This document shows, one piece after another, positions 1 through 7,123 of a stretch of 36,150 nt of DNA. Numbering within the stretch: the stretch's first letter is position 1; the number at the start of each line of letters is the position of its first letter. A program made the position numbers and the translations under genes. Under the pieces are notes generated by a model, which searched no databases, was not told the origin of the DNA, and saw only the letters and a list, made by a program, of their open reading frames with translations. Source of the DNA: a bacterium (lineage in GTDB: Bacteria; Patescibacteriota; Minisyncoccia; Minisyncoccales; PWPS01); contig JAGYMX010000002.1 in assembly GCA_018400405.1 (NCBI GenBank), forward strand, positions 1 to 36,150, read 5' to 3'.

Positions 1-529
1 AGACTAATCTTTCTTCAAGGGTTCTTTTTTCTTTACGTAAAAATTGCTCTTCTGCTTTTATCTTTCTTTCTTCTTCTTCCTTAGTTTGCTTTATATCTTC
101 TTTTTCTTTCTTTAGTGTGTCTTCTAATATTTTCTCTTCCTCTTCCTTTTCTTTTCCCCCTATCTGAGAAGTTGCTTCCTCTTCTGCTTTTATCTTTCTT
201 TCTTCTTCTTCCTTAGTTTGCTTTATATCTTCTTTTTCTCTCTCTTCACCTTCTTCTTTTCTCTTTTCTTCCTTTTCCTCTATCTGAGAAGTTGCTTCTT
301 CTTTTGCCTTTTCTGTTGTTTCCTTATCTTTTTTTTCTTCTTCTTCAATTTCGCGAGCAAGTTTTTCTTTTTGAGAGACTTTATTATTAGATAATTCATA
401 CGCAAAACTTTCTCCTGTTGCAATACCGGATGAACGTTTTTTTATTTTTTCAAGAAAAGGTTTTACGGGAGGCTTTTCTTTTTTCTTTTTTGTCTCTCCT
501 CTTTGAATTCGAGCGAGATCTCCCTTCAT
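1..529 (-). CDS. Glu/Lys-rich repeat protein, N-terminal part (gene runs off the window start)
   Basis: Not in the ORF track because there is no stop in the window. Complement ATG at 529-527. An AAGGAGG Shine-Dalgarno (complement of cctcctt at 540-546) lies 10 nt upstream. The frame stays open to nt 1: MKGDLARIQRGETKKKKEKPPVKPFLEKIKKRSSGIATGESFAYELSNNKVSQKEKLAREIEEEEKKDKE... Confidence 0.55.
   Translation of the reverse strand, partial: MKGDLARIQRGETKKKKEKPPVKPFLEKIKKRSSGIATGESFAYELSNNKVSQKEKLAREIEEEEKKDKETTEKAKEEATSQIEEKEEKRKEEGEEREKEDIKQTKEEEERKIKAEEEATSQIGGKEKEEEEKILEDTLKKEKEDIKQTKEEEERKIKAEEQFLRKEKRTLEERLV
47..298 (-). repeat. Intragenic direct repeats: 61-nt identical copies at 47-107 and 179-239 (offset 132 nt), and 19-nt copies at 160-178 and 280-298 (offset 120 nt)
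   Basis: Read directly: ctcttctgcttttatctttctttcttcttcttccttagtttgctttatatcttctttttct occurs twice and ctatctgagaagttgcttc occurs twice. Both offsets are multiples of 3, so they encode repeated ...EEATSQI... / ...KEDIKQTKEEEERKIKAEE modules. Confidence 0.85.
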
Positions 530-683
530 TGTCCGAACCCCTCCTTTATAGTAATTATCCGCGGACATTTATATATGAGAAAATACTTACATTTTGCAAA
601 AACTTTTATTTGTTCATTATAAACAAAAAACTTATAAAAGCCAACCGCAAAAGTTGACAAGAGAGAAGAGCAGTTTTACCTTT

Positions 684-2777
684 TTACTCTTTTGCTTTTT
701 TTATAGAGAGACTTGTTTTTCCGTTACTGTCTACTTTGATAACTTTGACGCGGACAATCTGCCCTACCTCCAACTCGCTTTCTACGCTTTCTACCCTTCT
801 GTCGTCAATTTCTGAGATATGAACCAATCCTTCTTGTCCCGGAAGTATTTCTACTACTGCCCCAAAGTTAAAAAGTTTTATAACCCTTCCTTCAAATATT
901 TCACCTTCTTTTATTTCCCTAGTAATATTCTTGATCCAGTTAACAGCTTTTTCTATATTTTCTTCTTTTTCCGAAGCAATAGAGATAAGTCCGGAGTCGT
1001 CAATGTCAATCGCAACATTAGTTTTTTCTATAATTTCGTTAATTGTTTTTCCTTTTGGTCCGATAACATCGCCAATTTTTTCCGAATCAATTTTAAGCGT
1101 TTTTATACGAGGAGCATAAGGAGAGAGCTCTTCGCGTGGAGCCGGAATAACTTCTTTTATCTTTTCTATAAGGTAAAGGCGTGTTTTTTTTGCTCTCTGC
1201 AATGTTTCAGAAATCATCTTTTCAGTTACACCGTCTATCTTTACATCCATCTGAATAGCAGTAATTCCATCTTCTGTTCCAGCAACTTTAAAATCCATGT
1301 CTCCGTAATGATCTTCTGGTCCCTGAATGTCGGTAAGAAGCTTGTACTCTTTCTTGTCTCCAGTGACAAGACCGATAGAGATTCCTGCTGCTGGTTTTTT
1401 AATCGGCACGCCCGCATCCATAAGAGAAAGAGTTGTAGCGCAAACAGAGGCCATAGATGTTGAGCCGTTGGAAGAAACGATTTCTGAAACTCCGCGAATA
1501 GTATAAGGGAAGATCTCTGCTTCTGGTATTAAAGGCGATATCGCATTTTCGGCAAGCATGCCGTGTCCGATCTCTCTTCTACCTGGACCCCTTACTGGGC
1601 GTATTTCTCCCACAGAGTAGGGAGGAAAGTTGTAGTGGTGCATAAAGCGTTTTTTTTCAGAAAGTTCCATGTCATCCATCAGCTGTTCTTCTCCTGGAGC
1701 TCCGAGGGTAATAATAGAAAGCGCTTTTGTTTGACCTCTTTTAAAAAGTGATGAGCCGTGAGTGCGAGGGAGTATTCCCACAGAACAATCTATTTTTCTT
1801 ACTTCATCAAGCTTTCTTCCATCTATACGTGTATCTTTTTTAAGAACGCTTTCTCTCACCTTTTTCTTAATATTTTCTTCTAAACAGGAGAATGCGTAAT
1901 CAGCATTTTTTTCTTCATAATTTTCCTCAATAAGTTTGGAAATTTCTTTTTTTAATTTCTCTAACTTTTCTTCCTTATTTTCTTCCTGAAAAATTTTTTC
2001 AAGTTGTTTTTCTGATTTTTCTTTTATCTTTTCTTCTATATCTTTATCTTCAAGTGAAGAAGAAACTTCTATTTTTTCTTTTCCGATACTTTTTCTGATT
2101 TTTTCTTGAAAGGCACATAACTCTGCTATTGGAGAACTGGAAAAACGGAAAGCACCCATTACAGAATCTTCATCTTCTTCCTTAAAAAAACCTTCAATCA
2201 TATTTACAACGAGATTTTTTTCTTCTCCAATAAATCCACTTATTACAACATCCATCTTCTTTTTTGTGCGAGCTTCGTAATTTGGGTTTAGAATATAATC
2301 TTCTTCTTTGGCAAGACGCACTGCTCCCAATGGTCCTTTCCACGGAATGTCGGAGATGTGTAGGGCTGTTGATGCGGCGATCATTCCTAAAACTCCTGGA
2401 TCGTTTTCTTCGTCCCACGAAAGACAAGTAATAATTACTTGCACCTCTCTTTTCATTTCGCTGGGGAATTTTGGGCGTATTGCACGATCTATCATTCTAG
2501 AGATAAGTGTTGCTCTGTCGGAGGGCTTGCCCTCTCTTCTCGTGTATCGAGAACCACTTATTTTACCTGCGGCGTAAAATTTTTCCTCATAATTTACGGA
2601 AAGAGGGAAGAATCCTTTATCAATCTCTTCATCGGACATTGTAACTGTGGCAAAAACAACAGTATCTCCGTAGCGAAGCATTACTTCTCCATTTGCCTTT
2701 TCTGCTAAGTTTTCAAAAGAAGCAGAAAGTGTTCTTTCTCCTATTTGCAAGGTAAATTCTTTAGTTTTCTTTTCCAT
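684..2777 (-). CDS. pnp: Polyribonucleotide nucleotidyltransferase (PNPase)
   Basis: 697 aa. Two RNase PH-like cores (…GRREIGHGMLAE…, …MDFKVAGT…GITAIQMD…), a KH domain (IGDVIGPKGKTINEI) and a C-terminal S1 domain (GEIFEGRVIKLFNFGAVVEILPGQEGLVHISE). Lies downstream of rpsO, as in most bacteria. Confidence 0.95.
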   Translation of the reverse strand: MEKKTKEFTLQIGERTLSASFENLAEKANGEVMLRYGDTVVFATVTMSDEEIDKGFFPLSVNYEEKFYAAGKISGSRYTRREGKPSDRATLISRMIDRAIRPKFPSEMKREVQVIITCLSWDEENDPGVLGMIAASTALHISDIPWKGPLGAVRLAKEEDYILNPNYEARTKKKMDVVISGFIGEEKNLVVNMIEGFFKEEDEDSVMGAFRFSSSPIAELCAFQEKIRKSIGKEKIEVSSSLEDKDIEEKIKEKSEKQLEKIFQEENKEEKLEKLKKEISKLIEENYEEKNADYAFSCLEENIKKKVRESVLKKDTRIDGRKLDEVRKIDCSVGILPRTHGSSLFKRGQTKALSIITLGAPGEEQLMDDMELSEKKRFMHHYNFPPYSVGEIRPVRGPGRREIGHGMLAENAISPLIPEAEIFPYTIRGVSEIVSSNGSTSMASVCATTLSLMDAGVPIKKPAAGISIGLVTGDKKEYKLLTDIQGPEDHYGDMDFKVAGTEDGITAIQMDVKIDGVTEKMISETLQRAKKTRLYLIEKIKEVIPAPREELSPYAPRIKTLKIDSEKIGDVIGPKGKTINEIIEKTNVAIDIDDSGLISIASEKEENIEKAVNWIKNITREIKEGEIFEGRVIKLFNFGAVVEILPGQEGLVHISEIDDRRVESVESELEVGQIVRVKVIKVDSNGKTSLSIKKAKE

Positions 2778-2788
2778 AAAAATAGATT

Positions 2789-3331
2789 TTAATTTTTCTT
2801 TTTTTGAGTTGTTCTTCTTGTTCTTGAAGATGTAGAAAGCAAAAATCTTTTTGTATTTTCTTCTAAGTTTACAAATTCATCTGCTACTTCTTTTAATTTT
2901 GAGGAAGCAGATCTTTCAAATGCAAGAACTTCTACTCTTTTCCCTCTGTTTTTTAGGTACTCTACAAGAGGAACAAAATCGCCGTCTCCTGTTACTAAAA
3001 CAATAGCGTCCATTACAGAAGCCATGCGTATTGCATCTACGGCCATGCCAACGTCCCAATCTCCTTTTTTAAAACCTCCATAAAATTCTTGGAGATCTTT
3101 TACTCTTGTTTCTATGCCAAGATTTGTGAGTGCTTCAAAGAAAGATTTTTCTTCCCCTGTTTTTGTTTTTATCACATAAGCAAATGCCCGAATGAGACTT
3201 CTTTTATTTACCGCGGTTTCTACAACTTTGCTAAAATCAACGCGAGCGTTGTAGAGATTTTTTGCAGAGTGATAAAGATTTTGAACGTCTATAAAAACGG
3301 CAACGCGTTGTCCCTTGTGTTTAAAAATCAT
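2789..3331 (-). CDS. NYN-domain (LabA/DUF88-like, PIN-fold) putative ribonuclease
   Basis: 180 aa. Acidic signature VAVFIDVQNL…, KGDWDVGMAVD…, VLVTGDGDFVPLVEYL is typical of NYN/LabA-like domains. Sits 6 nt downstream of rpsO and 11 nt upstream of pnp. Confidence 0.75.
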   Translation of the reverse strand: MIFKHKGQRVAVFIDVQNLYHSAKNLYNARVDFSKVVETAVNKRSLIRAFAYVIKTKTGEEKSFFEALTNLGIETRVKDLQEFYGGFKKGDWDVGMAVDAIRMASVMDAIVLVTGDGDFVPLVEYLKNRGKRVEVLAFERSASSKLKEVADEFVNLEENTKRFLLSTSSRTRRTTQKKKN

Positions 3332-3337
3332 AAAAAA

Positions 3338-3592
3338 TTATTTTTTCAGACCAATCTTGGATAAAAGCTCTTTATATCTCTTTTCGTCTTTATTTTTTAG
3401 ATATAAAAGAAGTTTTTTCCTTTTATTTACCATTCCCAAAAGTCCTCTTTTAGAATGAACATCTTTGGGATTTTTTTTAAGGTGTGAAAAAAGTTTCTTA
3501 ATTTTTTCTGTAAGCAGAGACACTTGTGCTTCTTCTCCCCCAGTGCTTTTAACGTCTTTTAAAATCTTTTCTTTTTCTTCTTTGGTTAACAT
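3338..3592 (-). CDS. rpsO: 30S ribosomal protein S15
   Basis: 84 aa. …LTEKIKKLFSHLKKNPKDVHSKRGLLGMVNKRKKLLLYLK… matches the conserved bS15 core (HxKDxHSRRGLL-like). Confidence 0.93.
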   Translation of the reverse strand: MLTKEEKEKILKDVKSTGGEEAQVSLLTEKIKKLFSHLKKNPKDVHSKRGLLGMVNKRKKLLLYLKNKDEKRYKELLSKIGLKK

Positions 3593-3722
3593 ATTTTACA
3601 AATTATCTAAGAGTTTTTATCTTCTAACAGATGAACACCTAAGTTTTTGTTGCGAAAGCATACTAATGTTAATGGAAAACGCTTTAAAAATCAAGTAAGA
3701 GGAGTTTTTATAAAAATTTTTC

Positions 3723-3750
3723 TTGACTTATTAAGTTATCTTGCAATAAT
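3723..3750 (+). promoter_or_regulatory. Sigma70-like promoter upstream of the pilin-like gene (TTGACT-16 nt-AATAAT)
   Basis: TTGACT at 3723-3728, 16-nt spacer, AATAAT at 3745-3750, about 20 nt before the ATG at 3771. Confidence 0.4.
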
Positions 3751-3770
3751 TAAAAAAGATCAAACAAAAA

Positions 3771-4607
3771 ATGTCTTCTCTAAAAAAATATTTAATGCTT
3801 TTTTTCTTGTCAGAAAAAAACGGTGATTCTTTTTTTAAGAATAAAGGTTTTACTTTAATTGAGTTTTTAATTTATAGCGTTATTGTTGCTTTTATGACGG
3901 GAACACTTATTCTTGCGGGAGTAAATATTATGCAAGGAAGATCAAAAGTAGAAGCGATAGAAGAAGTAAATCATAACGGGAGAATGATAACGGAAGTTGT
4001 TACTCACTACATCCGACAAGCAGAAAACATAAACTATCCTTCTGAGGGAATTGCTGCAGACTACTTGTCTTTAGAGATGCCTATTGCTGAGGAGAGCCCG
4101 ATACGATTTTATGTAGAAGACAGTGTATTGCTTTTTGAAAGAGGATCGGCAGAAGCATCTCCTTTGACATCCGAGAGGGTGCGCGTAAGTAGCATTCAGT
4201 TTACAAATACTTCTTATCCGGAAAGTGCAAAAACAGTAAAAATGGTAGCGACGATAGAGTACAACAATCTCTCTGGGAAAAGTGAGTATGATTTTGCAAA
4301 AAACTTTTATGTTACAGAAAATATAAAAGAATTGGCAGGGATTGAAGAAGAGACAACCTCCACTACTTATGTTTTAACATTAGAAGAAAGTCCTTCTGCT
4401 GGCGGAACGGCAGTAGACAACACAAACAATTCTCCTTATGAGGCGGGGGAGGTTATAGATATAAACGCTTCCGTGGAAGATGGATATATTTTTAGCCACT
4501 GGTCTGATTCTGCGGGGGGAACATTTGGTAACTCATCTGTTGCCGATACAAATTATATTATGCCAGCGGAGGACGCAACGGTTACTGCTAATTTTGATTC
4601 TTTTTAA
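3771..4607 (+). CDS. Type IV pilin/pseudopilin-like protein with a C-terminal InlB B-repeat-like domain
   Basis: Class III (prepilin) signal …FFKNKG|FTLIEFLIYSVIVAFMTGTLIL, with Glu at +5 and a hydrophobic helix. The C-terminus YVLTLEESPSAGGTAVDNTNNSPYEAGEVIDINASVEDGYIFSHWSDSAGGTF…NYIMPAEDATVTANF fits the divergent InlB B-repeat pattern (Y.LT…GG…Y..G..v…A….GY.F..W……m…..v.A.F). Confidence 0.7.
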   Translation: MSSLKKYLMLFFLSEKNGDSFFKNKGFTLIEFLIYSVIVAFMTGTLILAGVNIMQGRSKVEAIEEVNHNGRMITEVVTHYIRQAENINYPSEGIAADYLSLEMPIAEESPIRFYVEDSVLLFERGSAEASPLTSERVRVSSIQFTNTSYPESAKTVKMVATIEYNNLSGKSEYDFAKNFYVTENIKELAGIEEETTSTTYVLTLEESPSAGGTAVDNTNNSPYEAGEVIDINASVEDGYIFSHWSDSAGGTFGNSSVADTNYIMPAEDATVTANFDSF

Positions 4608-4620
4608 TTATTCTATTTAG

Positions 4621-4693
4621 TGCCCCCGGTAGGACTTGAACCTACGACACTCGGCTTAAGAGGCCGCTGCTCTGCCAACTGAGCTACGGGGGC
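4621..4693 (-). tRNA. tRNA-Lys (anticodon CTT), no encoded CCA
   Basis: Folded by hand: GCCCCCG TA GCTC AGTTGGCA GAGC A GCGGC CT-CTT-AA GCCGA GTGTC GTAGG TTCAAGT CCTAC CGGGGGC A. 73 nt, 7-bp acceptor stem, canonical T-loop. Confidence 0.9.
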
Positions 4694-4699
4694 GTGTAT

Positions 4700-5080
4700 T
4701 TAGCAGCCAATTGTTATTTCTGGCCACTGAACGTCAACTACTCCAAGAGCGTTTAAAATCATAGAGATTAAAAAGTGAGAACCGTAAACAATAACGATTC
4801 CAACAACTACACTCATTAGTATTTTTCTGCCTTGCTCTACTCCTGCAGGGTTTCCCATTGATGTATAAAACTTTATTCCTCCCCAGATAAAAAGCATTGC
4901 GGCAACAGGTGGAACAATACTAAAAAGAAGAAACTCTAAAATATTTACAAAAAGCTGGAAAAGGTGACAAAGTTGGCAAGGAGGCTGTCCTGGGCCCCCA
5001 CAAGGGACAAGACCTTGTGCAAACCCAATAGCAGGAAAAAGTAGTAAAAACAGAAAAATAGAATTTTTTATTTTTTTCAT
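4700..5080 (-). CDS. Small secreted/membrane Cys-containing protein, T4SS-pilin-like (TrbC/VirB2-type family common in CPR genomes)
   Basis: 126 aa. Signal peptide MKKIKNSIFLFLLLFPAIGFAQG, then LVPCGGPGQPPCQLCHLFQL and two hydrophobic helices (…PPVAAMLFIWGGIKFYTS…, …ILMSVVVGIVIVYGSHFL…). This layout matches my recollection of Pfam T4SS_pilin (PF18895). Family assignment is from memory. Confidence 0.55.
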   Translation of the reverse strand: MKKIKNSIFLFLLLFPAIGFAQGLVPCGGPGQPPCQLCHLFQLFVNILEFLLFSIVPPVAAMLFIWGGIKFYTSMGNPAGVEQGRKILMSVVVGIVIVYGSHFLISMILNALGVVDVQWPEITIGC

Positions 5081-5172
5081 TGTAAGAATTATAGTATTTT
5101 TTCTAAAAAATAAAATACTTCTTCCTGTACGGGATCAGACCTCATACGGATTATAAAGAAGTGTGCCGTTAG

Positions 5173-5245
5173 TGCCCCCCAGAGGACTCGAACCTCTAAT
5201 CTCAAGTCCGAAGCTTGATGTGATATCCAATTTCACCAAGGGGGC
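5173..5245 (-). tRNA. tRNA-Arg (anticodon TCG), no encoded CCA
   Basis: GCCCCCT TG GTGA AATTGGATA TCAC A TCAAG CT-TCG-GA CTTGA GATT AGAGG TTCGAGT CCTCT GGGGGGC A. 73 nt, all stems pair (one U:G in the acceptor). Confidence 0.88.
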
Positions 5246-5267
5246 CAGATCAGTAAAAGCTTTTTTT

Positions 5268-5295
5268 AATATACCAGAGAATGTCAATTCGTCAA
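5268..5295 (-). promoter_or_regulatory. Sigma70-like promoter for tRNA-Arg, and probably the downstream small ORF and tRNA-Lys (TTGACG-16 nt-TATATT)
   Basis: On the minus strand, TTGACG (5295-5290), 16-nt spacer, TATATT (5273-5268). Lies 22 nt upstream of the mature tRNA 5' end. Confidence 0.45.
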
Positions 5296-5374
5296 CCGTT
5301 TTTTCTTTACTAAAAAAAGATTATAAAAATTTTAATGTATTAATGTATTAAGGTTGCAAAATAGATGTGTTTGT

Positions 5375-5403
5375 TTGAAAAAAGAGCAGATATAGAATAC
5401 AAT
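5375..5403 (+). promoter_or_regulatory. Sigma70-like promoter for cca (TTGAAA-17 nt-TACAAT)
   Basis: TTGAAA at 5375-5380, 17-nt spacer, TACAAT at 5398-5403. Only 10 nt separate the -10 element from the ATG at 5414, and there is no SD. Confidence 0.35.
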
Positions 5404-5413
5404 TACAGAATCT

Positions 5414-6889
5414 ATGCTTAAAAAAAAGATGGAAGTTCCCGAAAAAATAGGGCAAATAATAAAAGAGATTAATAAAAAAGGGTTTGAAGCTTATGTTGTT
5501 GGCGGATGCGTAAGAGATATGTTTCTTGGAAGAGTTCCAGAAGATTTTGACGTGGCAACAAATGCTTCTCCAGAAGAAGTAAAAAAGATTTTTAAAAAAA
5601 GTTTTTCAAACAATGATTTTGGAACGGTAACCGTTCTTACTCGGGCAGAAGAAGAAAATATTCGTGAAGTGCAAATCACTACTTATCGAAAAGAAGAAAA
5701 CTATAAAGACAAAAGACATCCCGAAAAAGTTAATTTTGTAAAAAATATAGAAGAGGATTTAAAGCGTAGAGATTTTACAATCAACGCGATGGCACTTTTA
5801 AAAAAAGAAGACGGCTCTTGCGAGGTGGTTGATCCTTTTTGTGGAAAAGAAGATTTAGAAAAAAAAATAATAAGGGCAGTAGGAAGTCCTAAAGAGAGGT
5901 TTTCTGAAGACGCTTTGCGTATGATGCGTGCAGTAAGGTTTTCTTCTGTTTTAGATTTTTGTATTGAAAAAGAAACAGAAGAAGCGATAAAGAAAAATGC
6001 ACCGCTTTTAAAGAAGATATCAAGCGAAAGAATTAGAGACGAGTTTGTAAAAATAATTATGAGCCCTATGGCGATGGAAGGTGTAGAAAATTTGCGAAAA
6101 CTTTATCTACTAGAACAGTTTCTTCCAGAAATTTTAGAGGGCTATAAAGTACCACAGAGTAAACACCATATATATGATTGTTATGAACATGCTCTTTATT
6201 CACTAAAATATGCGGCAAAGAAAAAATTTAATTTTCGTGTGCGGATGGCTTCTTTTTTGCATGATATCGGAAAACCACGAGTGAAAAGAGGAGAGGGAGA
6301 AAAAGCTACTTTTTACAATCACGAGGTAGTTGGAGCAAAGATGACAAAGAACATACTTCAACGTCTGAAGTTCAAAAAAGAAGATGTAGAAAAGATAACT
6401 CTTCTCGTACGTTATCATCTCTTCTACTATAATGTAGGCGAGGTTTCAGAAAGTTCCGTAAGAAGATTAATCCGTAAAGTAGGGAGGGAAAACATGAAGG
6501 ATCTTTTAGAAGTAAGGATGGCTGACAGGATAGGGTCTGGAGTTCCAAAGGCAGAGCCCTATCGCTTGCGTCATATGCGGTACTTGATAGAGAAAACAGC
6601 TCAAGATCCAATAAACGCAAGTATGCTTGTTGTGGGAGGAAAAGAAGTGATAGAGATAATGGGTGTCCGCCCAGGTCCATTAGTAGGAAGTATTTTGAAT
6701 ATTCTTCTTTTGGAAGTGATTGAAGATCCTAAAAAAAATAAAAAAGAGATGTTGGAGGCGAAGATAAAAGAAATAAAAAAGTGGGGAGAAGAAGAGATCA
6801 AAAAAAAAGCGCAAGATGCAAAAAAAGAAATAGAAAAAGTGGAGATGAAAAAAGAAGAGATGACAAAAAAGAAGTACTGGGTAACATAA
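5414..6889 (+). CDS. cca: CCA-adding enzyme (tRNA nucleotidyltransferase) with HD domain and Lys/Glu-rich C-terminal tail
   Basis: 491 aa. Pol-beta head motif GGCVRDMFLGRVPEDFDVAT, RRDFTINAMA, and HD region HHIYDCYEHAL…FLHDIGKP. The tail is …KKKAQDAKKEIEKVEMKKEEMTKKKYWVT. Confidence 0.9.
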   Translation: MLKKKMEVPEKIGQIIKEINKKGFEAYVVGGCVRDMFLGRVPEDFDVATNASPEEVKKIFKKSFSNNDFGTVTVLTRAEEENIREVQITTYRKEENYKDKRHPEKVNFVKNIEEDLKRRDFTINAMALLKKEDGSCEVVDPFCGKEDLEKKIIRAVGSPKERFSEDALRMMRAVRFSSVLDFCIEKETEEAIKKNAPLLKKISSERIRDEFVKIIMSPMAMEGVENLRKLYLLEQFLPEILEGYKVPQSKHHIYDCYEHALYSLKYAAKKKFNFRVRMASFLHDIGKPRVKRGEGEKATFYNHEVVGAKMTKNILQRLKFKKEDVEKITLLVRYHLFYYNVGEVSESSVRRLIRKVGRENMKDLLEVRMADRIGSGVPKAEPYRLRHMRYLIEKTAQDPINASMLVVGGKEVIEIMGVRPGPLVGSILNILLLEVIEDPKKNKKEMLEAKIKEIKKWGEEEIKKKAQDAKKEIEKVEMKKEEMTKKKYWVT

Positions 6890-6898
6890 AAACTTTAT

Positions 6899-6970
6899 CG
6901 GGCCGTAGTGTAACGGCAACATGCACGCTTCGGGTGCGTGTGACTCCGGGTTCGAATCCCGGCGGCCCGA
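6899..6970 (+). tRNA. tRNA-Pro (anticodon CGG), no encoded CCA
   Basis: CGGGCCG TA GTGT AACGGCA ACAT G CACGC TT-CGG-GT GCGTG TGACT CCGGG TTCGAAT CCCGG CGGCCCG A. Has the C1:G72 pair typical of bacterial tRNA-Pro. Starts 10 nt after the cca stop. Confidence 0.9.
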
Positions 6971-6985
6971 CATGACAAAAGTTTC

Positions 6986-7058
6986 GGGCCCGTAGTTCAT
7001 CCGGCAGAACATCCGATTCGCATTCGGGAGGTAGGCGGTTCGATTCCGCCCGGGTCCA
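6986..7058 (+). tRNA. tRNA-Ala (anticodon CGC), no encoded CCA
   Basis: GGGCCCG TA GTTC ATCCGGCA GAAC A TCCGA TT-CGC-AT TCGGG AGGTA GGCGG TTCGATT CCGCC CGGGTCC A. The G3:U70 alanine identity pair is present. Confidence 0.9.
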
Positions 7059-7123
7059 CGTTTATAAATAATATAGTGGAAAAAAGTAATTTCCGTGTTA
7101 AGATAAAATAGTAATCCATTAAA

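Noticed and set aside
819-1463. 214-aa plus-strand ORF, plus several smaller ones between 418 and 2708
   Set aside because: It is antisense to, or overlaps, the clearly conserved pnp gene. Its composition is Phe/Ser/Asn-rich low complexity, typical of the reverse strand of purine-rich coding DNA, and it has no recognisable motifs.
5331-5350. Short tandem taatgtat-taatgtat in the tRNA-Arg/cca spacer
   Set aside because: There are two copies of an 8-mer in very AT-rich spacer. This is compatible with chance or slippage, and no function can be supported.
5163-5351. 62-aa GTG-initiated plus-strand ORF
   Set aside because: It overlaps the hand-folded tRNA-Arg on the opposite strand and its promoter, so it is not coding.
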